Counted from the first letter of the stretch, positions 1 through 9,718 are shown. The stretch is 64,000 nucleotides of DNA from an uncultured Anaerolineales bacterium (GCA_964450435.1 CAYVCX010000007.1:13216-77215); one strand, 5' to 3'. Made by a program: numbers and translations. Notes: a model not told the origin generated them from the letters alone.

Positions 1-3000
1 TTCCCGGCGGGCGCGCCACGATCTCCACGCCGGTGTGGAGCAGGTCATGGGGATCGGTCAGGGCCAGCTGCGCCTCACCGCCGTCGAACAGACGCGAGAA
101 CATCACAGAGAACCTCTCCGCTACAGCCTCGAAGGTTTCTCTGAACTCCTTCTCCATCAGAGCATCCAACTGGGTCACAGTACGCCGGAGCTGGGCCGTG
201 GCTGCCTCGAGATCGGCCCCCTGCTCGGTCAGAAACCCGTGACGTTTGCGAACCTCGGCGAGCTCCCCGGGGGCATTCGGATTGACGGCACCCAGACGTC
301 GGAGGCGCTTCCTGACGAACTGCATCTCATGCTCCAGCCCCTCGGGCAGCTGCTCAACGACCGGGAGCTCGGAGACGAGGGGCCGCATCGGCAGCGGGGC
401 TTGAGCCGTAACGCTCTCCCCTAACTCGAGCTCGACCAGCCCAAGATCCTCGTCGATCCGCTCCGCGAGAAGGCGCAGTTCATCGCGCTTCCGCTCGACC
501 TCCAACTGGGAGCGACCATAGCGCTCCTCGGCACCCCGCACAAGCTCTTGTGCTCTCCGGCGCTGCTTCTCCAACGAGGTCTGTTGAGCGTTGAGCTCCT
601 CAAGCTTCTCCTCAGCGGGCTGAACGCGGACCCGGACATCATGGAGCTGCCGCTCCAGCCGAGACGTCTTCCCGCGCAGGTCCTTCACGCGACCCAGAAG
701 CGCCTGTCGCTCAGCCTTCAGCTCTTGTGCCCGCTCACGCCGGGCGTCGACCTGGGAGTGGAGCCGCTCGAGAAGCGCTGACTCGCGCTCCAGGGCCTGA
801 GTCTCGCTCTCCAGGGAGGCCTCTGTTACCGCGGCGGCGGTGCGCACCTCCGACAAGGTCTGCCTTTCGAAGCGAGCCATCTCCTCCCTGGCCTGCACCG
901 CTCGCTCAGTCAGCCGCTCCAGCCGCTCCTGCAGCGACGAGACTCGCCGGGAGACCGCGCGCCGTTCCTCCTCGATCACGCGGCGCTGGCGGTCAGCCCG
1001 CTGGAACCGCTCCTGGAAGTCTTCGGCTATCTCCACTGATGGAGCCTCTCCGGGGGGCTCCGGTTGAAGCAGGGCGAACTGGAGAGCCTCGGCGCGCTTG
1101 GCCTGAGCAGCGTACCGCACCTCCAAATCGCGGGCCTGGTCGAACAACGCGTCGCGCCGAGAACGGAGACGCGCCAGCTCCGACTCCTCGCGATCGAGAG
1201 CAGATCGCTGGCTTCGAAGGGTCTCCCTAGCGACTGCGACGGCCGTGCGAGCTTCACCCAGCTCGTCCTGGAAACTGCGTCGCTGCTCCTCTCTGGCCCG
1301 CGCGATGCGACGGTCCATCTCCTCCAGACGGGCCTCGGCTGAGGTCAACCTCTCGATTGCGGTCTCCCGGCGCCCGTCCAGGTCGGTCAAGCGGCGGCGG
1401 ACCTGGTCCAGGCGGTCCGAGAGCTCACGCCGGGCACGCTGATCGGCCAAGACGCCCTCGTCGGCGGTGCCGCCGACGACGAACGCCCCATCAGCCCGCA
1501 GCACGATCCCGGCCTGAGTCACACAGCAGCCCCCAGGGGGTATGTCGGGCTGCAGAGCCAGAGCCTCGGTCAAGTCGTCGCAGAACACGACGGCACCGAG
1601 GAGCGCGTTGACGGCGGGCCGGACATGATCATCACAGGTCACTACATCAGCAGCACAGATTGCACCCGCAGGGATTCGGTCGTCGGATCCTGCCGGGCGC
1701 AGTCCATCCAGGGCCAGCAGCGTCAATCTGCCGCCTTCCACGTCGAGGATCTCGTGCACCCGCTCCACGGCCGATCCGCTCTCCAGCACCACTGCCTGTA
1801 GATCGCTGCCAAGGGCGGCCGCGACGGCACGCTCCCAGGCAGAAGGCACCTGGATCATCGCTGCCAGCGGGCCGAGCACACCCTCTATGCCGGCCTCCAA
1901 GAGGACCGCAACGCCAGTGCCGTAGGCCACACCGGTGGAATGGACTCGCTCGAGGGCCTTCAGCTCACCTGCCAGCGCGGCCTCTCGCTCCCGTGCGTCG
2001 CGCAGTGCCCGGTTCAAGCGCTCGATCTCGCCGCGCCGCTCCTGCACCACGTCTGCCACGCGGAGGTACTCCCGGTCAGGCTCGTGAGGCCGTTCACGAA
2101 AGGTTCGCCAGGCCTCCTCCAGGGCAGCGAGCGCCTGCTCTCGCTCCACCAAGGACTGCTCAAGAGTCTCGACCCGGGCGCGATGTCGGGCAACCTGCTG
2201 GGTCTGCTCGACCTCCTCCTCGCGAAGAGGCTCGATGGCCGCGACCGCTTCCTCGCACCGGGCCTCGAACTGCCGCGCCCGTTCTTCGGCCACAGCCTGC
2301 TCGCTGACCAGACGCGATATCTCGTCGCGAGCCTCCGAGAGCTCCTGATTCCGACTCTCCAGCCGTTGTCGGTGGCGGCGCAGCTCCTGCTCCGCCTCGG
2401 ACCGTTCACGTTCCAGGGTCTCGGCTCTCTCCTCCCTGGCCTTCGCCTGCTGCTCGATTTCACTCAACCTCTTGCGCCGCTCCGCCAGCCGCTCCGTCAG
2501 CTCTTCGACGCGCCGCTGAAGCTGATCGACCTGCTCCCTCTGCTGCCCTCGCTGGACGACCAAGGGCTCGATCTCATCCAGCAACTCTTCGCGCCGCGTC
2601 TCGAGCAGGCGTTCACGTTCCTCGGAGACGGCAAGCTCCCGTCTGGCCTGGTCGACGTCCTCGTGGAGATCGGCAATCTCGCGGTACCAATCCCGCAGGC
2701 TGGCCCGCAGCTCGCCCTCGCGCTGTCGCACCCGGGTGAGACGCTCATCCAACCGCGACGCTTCGGCACGCCGAGCCGCGAGCTTCTTCTCCAGACTCGC
2801 AGCCCGCTCCAGTGCTCGGTCCAGCTCGCCCTGGCCCTGACCCCAGCGGAATCCATACCACGTGTGCTGCAGCCGCTCGAGGTGGGCGGTCAACCGGCGG
2901 TGCTGCTCCACCTGGTCCGCCTCCCGCTCCAGACGCTGCACACGAGGCGTCACTTCGCCGATGATATCGCGGACACGTTCCAGGTTGCGCTCCGTCTCGT

Positions 3001-3544
3001 CCAGGCGTTGGACCGCCTTCTCACGGCGGGCACGGTAGAGGGTGACCCCGGCGGCCTCCTCGAAGAGGGCGCGCCGCTCCTGAGGGCTCAGGGAGAGGGC
3101 TGCGTCGACCAGGCCCTGGCCGATAACGGTGTACGTGCGCTCGCTGAGACTGCTGCCAGCGAGGAGTTCCTCGATATCCCGCAGAAGCACCTGGGATCCG
3201 TTGATCAGATACTCATTCTCGCCGGAGCGATAGGCACGGCGGGAGATGGTGACTTCGCTGAAGTCGATGGGGAGACCCTGGTCGCTGTTGTCGAAGGTCA
3301 GGGAGACCTCGGCCATGCCAGCGCGAGCGCGACCATTCCCCCCGAGGAAGATCATGTCGGCCGACGACTTGGCACGAAGCGTGCTCATACTCCGCTCACC
3401 CAGGGCCCAGCGAATGGCGTCGGCTATATTGCTCTTGCCGGTCCCGTTGGGACCAACGATAGCCGTGATGCCCCTGGGAAACTCAAACTCGGTCTTGTCC
3501 GCAAAGGACTTGTAACCCTGAAGGGTGAGATGTTTGAGATGCAT
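1..3544 (-). CDS. smc: Chromosome partition ATPase SMC; C-terminal ~100 aa lie beyond the window start
   Basis: Not in the ORF track because there is no stop inside the window. The minus-strand ATG at 3544 gives MHLKHLTLQGYKSFADKTEFEFPRGITAIVGPNGTGKSNIADAIRWALGE (Walker A). The frame stays open to position 2 and ends ...GVEIVARPPG (SMC C-terminal head), with a long E/R/L/Q coiled coil in between. Plus-strand ORFs here are Arg/Pro-rich shadows. Confidence 0.92.
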   Translation of the reverse strand, partial: MHLKHLTLQGYKSFADKTEFEFPRGITAIVGPNGTGKSNIADAIRWALGERSMSTLRAKSSADMIFLGGNGRARAGMAEVSLTFDNSDQGLPIDFSEVTISRRAYRSGENEYLINGSQVLLRDIEELLAGSSLSERTYTVIGQGLVDAALSLSPQERRALFEEAAGVTLYRARREKAVQRLDETERNLERVRDIIGEVTPRVQRLEREADQVEQHRRLTAHLERLQHTWYGFRWGQGQGELDRALERAASLEKKLAARRAEASRLDERLTRVRQREGELRASLRDWYREIADLHEDVDQARRELAVSEERERLLETRREELLDEIEPLVVQRGQQREQVDQLQRRVEELTERLAERRKRLSEIEQQAKAREERAETLERERSEAEQELRRHRQRLESRNQELSEARDEISRLVSEQAVAEERARQFEARCEEAVAAIEPLREEEVEQTQQVARHRARVETLEQSLVEREQALAALEEAWRTFRERPHEPDREYLRVADVVQERRGEIERLNRALRDAREREAALAGELKALERVHSTGVAYGTGVAVLLEAGIEGVLGPLAAMIQVPSAWERAVAAALGSDLQAVVLESGSAVERVHEILDVEGGRLTLLALDGLRPAGSDDRIPAGAICAADVVTCDDHVRPAVNALLGAVVFCDDLTEALALQPDIPPGGCCVTQAGIVLRADGAFVVGGTADEGVLADQRARRELSDRLDQVRRRLTDLDGRRETAIERLTSAEARLEEMDRRIARAREEQRRSFQDELGEARTAVAVARETLRSQRSALDREESELARLRSRRDALFDQARDLEVRYAAQAKRAEALQFALLQPEPPGEAPSVEIAEDFQERFQRADRQRRVIEEERRAVSRRVSSLQERLERLTERAVQAREEMARFERQTLSEVRTAAAVTEASLESETQALERESALLERLHSQVDARRERAQELKAERQALLGRVKDLRGKTSRLERQLHDVRVRVQPAEEKLEELNAQQTSLEKQRRRAQELVRGAEERYGRSQLEVERKRDELRLLAERIDEDLGLVELELGESVTAQAPLPMRPLVSELPVVEQLPEGLEHEMQFVRKRLRRLGAVNPNAPGELAEVRKRHGFLTEQGADLEAATAQLRRTVTQLDALMEKEFRETFEAVAERFSVMFSRLFDGGEAQLALTDPHDLLHTGVEIVARPPG

Positions 3545-3556
3545 GATCGATGGGTC

Positions 3557-3585
3557 AGTATACCGCGGCTCCACGGAGATGACAA
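3557..3585 (-). promoter_or_regulatory. smc promoter TTGTCA-17-TATACT; ATG lies 12 nt after the -10 (near-leaderless)
   Basis: Minus strand reads TTGTCA tctccgtggagccgcgg TATACT gacccatcgatc ATG. Spacing was counted base by base. Confidence 0.65.
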
Positions 3586-3622
3586 GGATAGAATCGCCGG
3601 AGAAAGGTGAGGGAGGAGGCTA

Positions 3623-3643
3623 GAATGGAGAATGGAGAATGGA
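3623..3643. repeat. Perfect tandem heptamer (GAATGGA)x3 upstream of the smc promoter
   Basis: Read directly: GAATGGA GAATGGA GAATGGA. The nearby word AATACAAGG occurs at 3659-3667 and 3709-3717, exactly 50 nt apart. Confidence 0.8.
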
Positions 3644-3745
3644 AACAAGAGAAGCGACAATACAAGGAACCCGGATGGTCGACGCGGGAGCAGTCAAGGG
3701 GTAAAGGGAATACAAGGCAGGCCCAGGGGAGACCATGAGCCCCGG

Positions 3746-4519
3746 TCAGCCGGTCTCGGGAGATGATGGAATCGAGGACGAGATCGATGACGGCTCGGCA
3801 GCGGCCGCGCCCCCATCCACGAGCATCCGCCAGGCCGCCTGCGCCGCGGCCTGCTCGGCAGCCTGTTTGCTGTGACCGGCCCCCTGCCCCACGGCCTTGT
3901 CATCCAGCAGAACCTCGGCGACGAATCTCTTGGCGTGGTCAGGACCCATCGCACTGACAATACGATAATGCGGCGTGATCTTCAGCTCGGCCTGACTCCA
4001 CTCCTGCAAGCGGCTCTTGGCGTCCCGATCCGCGGCCTCCGCGAGTGCCTTCTCCGCCACAGGGCCGAAAAAGGGTTCGACGGCAGCCCGAGCAGCCCTG
4101 ATCCCACCATCGAGGTAGATAGCGCCGATGAGGGCCTCGAAGGCATCACAGAGGTTGGCATCCCGCTCGCGCCCGCCCGCCTCCGTCTCGCCGTGGCCCA
4201 GGCGGAGCACCTCACCGATGCCTGCCTCGCGCGCAAAGTGCGCCAGCGTCTCGGTGCGGACGAGCACGGCCCGGAGCCGGGTCATCCGCCCTTCGTCGAA
4301 GTGGGCGTAGCAGCGATGAACCCAGGCCGCGGCAATGAAATCGATCACGGCATCGCCCAGAAACTCGAGGCGCTGGTTATCACCGATGGTGTCCTCGGGA
4401 TGCTCGTTGACATAAGAAGGATGGGTGAGGGCTCGACGGAGAAGTTGCAGATCGCGGAATCGATAGCCAAGGGTCGTCTGGAGCTTCTCCAAGGGGGACG
4501 CCGGGTGCCGTTCGCTCAT
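3746..4519 (-). CDS. rnc: Ribonuclease III
   Basis: LGYRFRDLQLLRRALTHPSY...NQRLEFLGDAVIDF (RNase III signature), ...DAFEALIGAIYLDGG, and a C-terminal dsRBD (KSRLQEW...). 4-nt start/stop overlap with the upstream gene. Confidence 0.95.
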   Translation of the reverse strand: MSERHPASPLEKLQTTLGYRFRDLQLLRRALTHPSYVNEHPEDTIGDNQRLEFLGDAVIDFIAAAWVHRCYAHFDEGRMTRLRAVLVRTETLAHFAREAGIGEVLRLGHGETEAGGRERDANLCDAFEALIGAIYLDGGIRAARAAVEPFFGPVAEKALAEAADRDAKSRLQEWSQAELKITPHYRIVSAMGPDHAKRFVAEVLLDDKAVGQGAGHSKQAAEQAAAQAAWRMLVDGGAAAAEPSSISSSIPSSPETG

Positions 4520-4830
4520 TGGGAGCCGACCTCCCCGCGTTCGGCGAGGCGTCGTTCGTATTTCTCCAGCGCGCTGCGCAGCGCTTCATCGGTATCGAGG
4601 CCGCACACCTCGGCAAGGGCCAGCAGGCTGTACAGGGCATCGCCGTACTCCGTCAGAAGCGCGTCAGTGGGGCGAAACGGCTGCCGACCGTAGTCGGTGA
4701 CCAACAGCAACTCCTTCGCCAGCTCGCCAACCTCGGAAACCAGATCCAAGACATGGGTTGGAGGATCGTGGTGCAGTTGGTGTGAACGCATGAAGGCAGC
4801 AACCTGGTGCTGCCAATCGGGCCCGCTCAT
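4516..4830 (-). CDS. MazG-like nucleotide pyrophosphohydrolase (small all-alpha NTP-PPase)
   Basis: 104 aa with the EVGELAKE...YGDALYSLLALAEVCGLD pattern typical of MazG-domain proteins. Translationally coupled on both sides. Confidence 0.75.
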   Translation of the reverse strand: MSGPDWQHQVAAFMRSHQLHHDPPTHVLDLVSEVGELAKELLLVTDYGRQPFRPTDALLTEYGDALYSLLALAEVCGLDTDEALRSALEKYERRLAERGEVGSQ

Positions 4831-5936
4831 TACTGTCCGGTCACCTTCGGCGGGCTCTTAAGGCCACTGCCGGTGAGCACGACAACAGGGGACCCTGCCA
4901 GCGAATCACCCAGACACTCCAGCGCCGCGACAGGCAGAGCCGACGTCGGCTCGACATAAAGGCCCTGTTGCGCGAGGCGCCGCTGAGCGGACAGGATTTC
5001 CTGGTCAGAGAGGGCGACGATGGCGCCGCCACTCTGGCGCACGGCGTCCAAGACCTGCCGTCCCCAGGGAGGCGCCGCGATGCGGACGCCTCCGGCAACG
5101 GTGTCACCCTCCGAGACAGGCTCGACCTCGCTGGCACCCCTCTCCCAGGCGCGAGCGAGGGGAGCGCACGCGGCGGACTGGACGCCAAAGAGGGGCGGCA
5201 TCTGGTCAATGACGCGCGCCGCGAGCAGCTCCTGGAATCCGATATGGAGGCCGAGAAGCAAACCGCCGTGGCCGAGGGGCAGGACAACACTCTGGGGCGC
5301 GCACCATCCGCACTGCTCCCAAAGCTCGAAGGCGACGGTCTTCATCCCGTGGGCGTAGAGGGGGCTGCAGGCGTGGGTGGCATAGACAGCTCCATGTTCG
5401 ACAGCCTTCAGCACGGCACAGGAGGCCTCGGTCCGAGGGCCGGGCACGGCGACGACCTCAGCGCCGTAGACGGCGATCTGCCCCTGCTTGGCCGGCGAGG
5501 CGTGGGCCGGGACAAAGACCCTGGCGGCGAGGCCGCCGCGGGCTGCGTATGCGGCCAGGGCGGCCCCGGCGTTGCCCGATGAATCCTCCACGACATCGCG
5601 TACGCCAGCCTCCTTCAGGGCCGTGACGAGCAGCGCGGCGCCGCGGTCCTTGAACGAGCCGGTGGGATTAAGAGATTCAACCTTGAAGCGAACCGGTCGG
5701 CCGCGCCACTCAGCATCGACCAGGGGGGTCCACCCCTCGCCGAGCGTCACGGGTGGGGCGCACCGGGGCAGAGGCAGGGCCTCCCGGTAGCGCCAGAGCG
5801 TGTACCGGTCCTCGTCCACTCGCACCGGGTCGAAGGAAGGGCCGCCGACGATGTCGAGCACGCCACCGCAACGACAGCGCCACCGCGTGGGATCGAACGG
5901 CCAGTCTCTCTGGCAGCGCGAGCAGTGTAGCTTCAC
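4830..5936 (-). CDS. Threonine synthase-family PLP-dependent enzyme with N-terminal Cys4 zinc ribbon
   Basis: SLNPTGSFKDRGAALLV (PLP-lysine motif of fold-type II enzymes), SSGNAG, and N-terminal CSRC...CRCG. Confidence 0.85.
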   Translation of the reverse strand: MKLHCSRCQRDWPFDPTRWRCRCGGVLDIVGGPSFDPVRVDEDRYTLWRYREALPLPRCAPPVTLGEGWTPLVDAEWRGRPVRFKVESLNPTGSFKDRGAALLVTALKEAGVRDVVEDSSGNAGAALAAYAARGGLAARVFVPAHASPAKQGQIAVYGAEVVAVPGPRTEASCAVLKAVEHGAVYATHACSPLYAHGMKTVAFELWEQCGWCAPQSVVLPLGHGGLLLGLHIGFQELLAARVIDQMPPLFGVQSAACAPLARAWERGASEVEPVSEGDTVAGGVRIAAPPWGRQVLDAVRQSGGAIVALSDQEILSAQRRLAQQGLYVEPTSALPVAALECLGDSLAGSPVVVLTGSGLKSPPKVTGQ

Positions 5937-6652
5937 CGAGATTCCTCGCGGAGCTCGCGGCTGAGCCGCAGGCGGAAGGCAACGAGGTCCTGAAATGCCC
6001 TGGCGATGACGGCCAGGTTGGCCCCGGTGGCCGCGCCAGCCTCGCGGGGGAGGTGGGTCAGGGGTGCCTCAGCGATCCGGAAGCCGCGAGCTTTTGCCCC
6101 GGCCAGGAACTCAGTGTCCATCATGGCGCCGTCGGAGACGATGTTGACGTGCTCCAGGATCTCGCGTCGGAAGAGCTTGAACCCGCAGTCGATGTCGCGG
6201 CACAAGGAGCCGAACAGAATCCGCACCACTGTGTTCCATCCGAAGGCGTTGAGCTTGCGGATGAAGTTATCCTGGCGAGCGAAGCGATAGCCGGAAACGA
6301 TGTCCGCGTCTTCCTCATCGAGAGCTTCCAGCAGACGCTCAACCTCCCCGAAGTCGAACTGGGCATCGGCAGGATAGAAGGCGATGAGATCCTTGGTGGC
6401 AGCCTCGAAGCCGGCCTTGAGCGCACCCCCGTAGCCTCGGTTGGGGTAGTGCTCTACCAGGCGAAAATGGGGGATCTGGTCCTGAAGCTGGCGACCGATC
6501 TCACCGGTGCGATCGGCGCTGCCATCATTGACCAAGATGATCTCATACTCTCGGTCCAACGTCTGGGCGACGTCCGACACGTGCTCCACTGCAGCCTCAA
6601 CGTTCTCCTCTTCATTGTAGGCCGGCAGAACGATGGAAAGACCCGACATCAT
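5933..6652 (-). CDS. Family 2 glycosyltransferase (polyprenol-phosphate sugar synthase-like)
   Basis: LSIVLPAYNEEENV...EIILVNDGSADRTGEI, a GT2 DxD-type N-terminus. RBS GGAGGAG lies before the ATG. Confidence 0.9.
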   Translation of the reverse strand: MMSGLSIVLPAYNEEENVEAAVEHVSDVAQTLDREYEIILVNDGSADRTGEIGRQLQDQIPHFRLVEHYPNRGYGGALKAGFEAATKDLIAFYPADAQFDFGEVERLLEALDEEDADIVSGYRFARQDNFIRKLNAFGWNTVVRILFGSLCRDIDCGFKLFRREILEHVNIVSDGAMMDTEFLAGAKARGFRIAEAPLTHLPREAGAATGANLAVIARAFQDLVAFRLRLSRELREESR

Positions 6653-7290
6653 CTCCTCCTACCATTACACGTCCACGGGAATACGTATGGTACATCGATG
6701 TCCCGGGATGGGCAACTAAAGCACAGGATCTTGTCGTTCAGGGCACGCGGGCGTCAAGAGCGATGCGGGCCACCGCACAAGATGGTTTGTTTCCCGGCAC
6801 TTTTTTGTACGGAACAAACCTATGTCCCGAGGTTGGATCGCGACATCCAGTAGACCACCGGCGGTAGGCATCGTGCCCAGAGACAGCCACCGGCAGCTCC
6901 CAGAGGGCAGCTTCGCATCCAGCGAGGGCTCGCATATGCTGACCATCGTGATGGCGTCGTCGAAAGCTGCGTACTAGCTGTTAACGTACGCCGTTCGGGG
7001 ATCGCGCGTGACAGCGACCGTGCAGGGGGGCGAATCTGCAATCCGGCTCGCTGTGTGACCCCCCAGATCATCGGGCTGAATCACAAGGCGAACCGGGCGA
7101 GCAAGCAATGATGAGACCTCTCCCGGCGCTGGTGCTGGAGGGAGCACAGCATCATCTGACGGACCCATGGCGATCCTCGCCTGGCGCGGGTCCCACGGCA
7201 GTGACGGGCGTCGGAGGGATCGGGGCATTGAGGTCATCCTGGGCCGGGATGGCCTTCGGCCAGTTGGTGTTCGCGACTGGCGACGACACG

Positions 7291-7319
7291 AGTATACCAC
7301 ATAGCGCGCCGAGTATCAA
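7291..7319 (-). promoter_or_regulatory. Orphan strong promoter TTGATA-17-(TGg)TATACT, firing toward 6652 with no ORF for ~630 nt
   Basis: Minus strand reads TTGATA ctcggcgcgctatgtgg TATACT. The extended -10 TG is present. It sits in a locally AT-richer patch. Confidence 0.6.
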
Positions 7320-7327
7320 TGAGGTAG

Positions 7328-7370
7328 ATTTGGGATATCCTTTGGGAAATGCGGATGAAATTTGGGATAT
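7328..7370. promoter_or_regulatory. Direct repeats ATTTGGGATAT x2 (32 nt apart) plus a third TTTGGGA, immediately upstream of the orphan promoter -35
   Basis: ATTTGGGATAT at 7328-7338 and 7360-7370; TTTGGGA also at 7341-7347. The position, about -45 to -85 relative to the minus-strand promoter, suggests an activator or UP-type site. Confidence 0.4.
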
Positions 7371-7428
7371 GGACGGAGAAGGGGTTCGGTACTGTTGCGG
7401 GTCGGGCAGGAAGGAAGGCACCCAGCAG

Positions 7429-9471
7429 CTATTCGCGGATGCCCAGGCGGGCCCGCCGCCGCTCGCGCTCCCAGGCCGGGACATCGTGCGCCTGCTTGTC
7501 CTTGAGCACCTGGCGCAGCTCGAAGACTCGGTCTCGCAGAAGCGCGGCCTTCTCGAACTCCAGCCTTTCTGCAGCGGCCTCCATCTGCTTTCTCAGCTCC
7601 CGAATCATACGCGCCAGTTCGTCCTCGGGCAACTGGGCGAGACTGAGATCGGCCCCCTCCTCCGGGGCGGCCTCGCGTCGGACGCGGTCGGTGAGATCGC
7701 GCACGGCCTTGACGATGGAGGTAGGCTCAATCCCGTGCTGCCGGTTGTAGGCGATCTGCACCTCGCGACGACGGTCGGTCTCCTCGATGGCGCGACGCAT
7801 GGACTCGGTGATCTCGTCGGCGTAGAGGACGGCGGTGCCGTTCACGTGACGCGCCGCGCGCCCCATGGTCTGGATGAGGGCGGTGTCCGAGCGGAGGAAG
7901 CCCTCCTTGTCCGCATCGAGGATGGCGACCAGACTGACCTCGGGAAGATCGAGGCCCTCGCGGAGGAGGTTGACGCCCACCACCACGTCGTAGGCTCCCA
8001 ACCGCAGATCGCGCAGGATCTCCACGCGCTCGATGGTCTGAATCTCGCTGTGGAGATAATGGACGTTGACGTCAAGCTCCCGCAGGTAGTCGGACAGGTC
8101 CTCGGCCATGCGCTTGGTGAGGGTGGTGACCAGGACGCGCTCGCCGCGCTCGAGGCGCCGGTTGATACGCCCCACGAGATCGTCGACCTGACCCTGTGCC
8201 GGCTTGACGACGATCTGGGGGTCGACGACGCCGGTGGGACGGATGATCTGCTCAACGACCTGTGCGCTCTTCTGGAGCTCGTAGGGCCCGGGGGTGGCGG
8301 AGGTATAGATAGCCTGGTTGATGCGAGCCTCAAACTCGTCGAACTCGAGCGGGCGGTTATCGAGGGCCGAGGGGAGGCGGAAGCCAAAGTCGACCAGGGT
8401 TTGCTTGCGGCTGCGATCGCCGTGGTACATGCCGCGAACCTGCGGGATGGTCATGTGCGACTCATCCACGACTAGGAGGTAATCAGCGGGGAAATAGTCC
8501 ATGAGGGTCCAGGGCGGTGACCCCGGCGGACGCTGCTGCAAGTGACGAGAGTAGTTCTCGATGCCAGAGCAGTAGCCGATCTCACGGATCATCTCCAGGT
8601 CGTAGCGGGTGCGCTGCTCCAGACGTTGAGCCTCCAGGAGCTTGCCCCGGGCCTTCAGCTCGGTCAGGCGATCCTGGAGCTCAGCTTCGATGTCCGCCAG
8701 AGCCTTTTCACGCTTATCCTCCGGGGTGATGAAGTGCTTGGCCGGGAAGATGTCCAGCTCCTGCAAATCGGCGAGCACCTCGCCGGTGAGGGGATCGACC
8801 TCGGTGATGCGCTCGATCTCGTCGCCCCAGAAACTGATGCGGTAGGCGGTGTCCCCGTAGGCAGGCATGATCTCCAGGGTATCCCCGCGCACGCGGAAGT
8901 TACCTCGCGCCAGGGAGACATCGTTGCGCTCGTAATAGATGCTGACGAGGTGGCGGAGGAGCGTGTCGCGGCGATGACGCTGCCCGCGCTCCAGCTCGAG
9001 GACGACGCGGCCCCACTCCTGCGGATCTCCGATGGCGTAGATGCAGGAGACGGAGGCGACTATGATCACATCGCGGCGGGAGAAGAGAGCGGTGGTGGCA
9101 GCCAGGCGCAGCTTGTCGATCTCCTCATTGATGTCAGCATCTTTCTCGATATAGAGGTCGTGCTTGGGGACGTAGGCCTCGGGTTGATAGTAATCGTAGT
9201 AGGAGACAAAGTACTCGACCGCGTTGTGAGGAAAGAACTCCCGGAACTCAGAGTAGAGCTGAGCAGCCAACGTCTTGTTGTGGGCGATAACGAGGGTGGG
9301 CTTCTGCACCCGCTCGATGACGTGCGAGACGACGAAGGTCTTGCCCGTGCCGGTCGCTCCGAGGAGCGTCTGGTGCGGGTGTCCCTCGCGCAGGCCGCGA
9401 ACCAAGGAGTCGATGGCCTGGGGCTGGTCGGTGGTCGGTTGGAACTCAGAGACTAGCTTGAACTTCGGCAT
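7429..9471 (-). CDS. uvrB: Excinuclease ABC subunit B
   Basis: [23 protein letters not shown]...[11 protein letters not shown] (Walker A), DESH box, a helicase C domain, and a C-terminal UVR motif ([13 protein letters not shown]). Confidence 0.97.
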   Translation of the reverse strand: MPKFKLVSEFQPTTDQPQAIDSLVRGLREGHPHQTLLGATGTGKTFVVSHVIERVQKPTLVIAHNKTLAAQLYSEFREFFPHNAVEYFVSYYDYYQPEAYVPKHDLYIEKDADINEEIDKLRLAATTALFSRRDVIIVASVSCIYAIGDPQEWGRVVLELERGQRHRRDTLLRHLVSIYYERNDVSLARGNFRVRGDTLEIMPAYGDTAYRISFWGDEIERITEVDPLTGEVLADLQELDIFPAKHFITPEDKREKALADIEAELQDRLTELKARGKLLEAQRLEQRTRYDLEMIREIGYCSGIENYSRHLQQRPPGSPPWTLMDYFPADYLLVVDESHMTIPQVRGMYHGDRSRKQTLVDFGFRLPSALDNRPLEFDEFEARINQAIYTSATPGPYELQKSAQVVEQIIRPTGVVDPQIVVKPAQGQVDDLVGRINRRLERGERVLVTTLTKRMAEDLSDYLRELDVNVHYLHSEIQTIERVEILRDLRLGAYDVVVGVNLLREGLDLPEVSLVAILDADKEGFLRSDTALIQTMGRAARHVNGTAVLYADEITESMRRAIEETDRRREVQIAYNRQHGIEPTSIVKAVRDLTDRVRREAAPEEGADLSLAQLPEDELARMIRELRKQMEAAAERLEFEKAALLRDRVFELRQVLKDKQAHDVPAWERERRRARLGIRE

Positions 9472-9704
9472 GGTCGTGGGTCGGTTCGGACTCGTGGATG
9501 CTCAGGAGCGGCCTCGCGGCTCGTGGATCCTGGATCTTACCATCCACACATCTCTGGAAAGCTGTTTGAGAGCGACCGGTGGGAGAGAAAGCTGGATGCT
9601 TCACCCAATAGACCAGATAGGTTCACAGGTCCGCTCGCCGCCCCGCTTACGGCAGTAGCGGGGTGCCACCCGGTGTACACGTGAGTACACTCGGTTGCCG
9701 CGTT

Positions 9705-9718
9705 AGAACGTCAGTTCG
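9705..9718. promoter_or_regulatory. Putative LexA/SOS box AGAAC-GTCA-GTTCG upstream of uvrB
   Basis: Perfect GAAC-N4-GTTC palindrome (Cheo-box type) lying directly downstream of a minus-strand TATAAT (9729-9724). uvrB is a classic SOS gene. Confidence 0.5.

Noticed and set aside
1940-3610. 556-aa plus-strand ORF, with many smaller ORFs at 33-3515
   Set aside because: It is antisense to the SMC gene, whose N-terminal Walker A and C-terminal head I can read directly. The translation is Leu/Arg/Pro/Gly-rich with no motif. This is a typical shadow ORF in GC-rich DNA.
7273-7285. GCGACTGGCGACG, resembling the ZTP (pfl) riboswitch GACTGGCG core
   Set aside because: It is on the plus strand with no downstream CCGCCTGGGC pseudoknot partner and no downstream plus-strand gene. 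It also overlaps the transcription start region of the minus-strand orphan promoter.
6653-7290. Possible tmRNA or RNase P RNA in the long gap (also tested in 9472-10030, 28740-29230 and 43488-44072)
   Set aside because: I found no GAGGAAAGTCCGGGC / ACAGAANCCGGCTTA RNase P cores, no tRNA-like 3' end with a TCCACCA context, and no Ala-rich tag reading frame ending in a stop. This was a search by eye only, so a covariance-model scan is still warranted.
7405-7432. GGGCAGGAAGGAAGGCACC, resembling the SRP RNA GGAA tetraloop/helix 8 motif
   Set aside because: The loop-closing pair and the symmetric-loop residues do not match. The 3' half would have to lie inside the uvrB coding sequence.
7108-8475. 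455-aa plus-strand ORF, and 8542-9456 (304 aa)
   Set aside because: Antisense shadows of uvrB.
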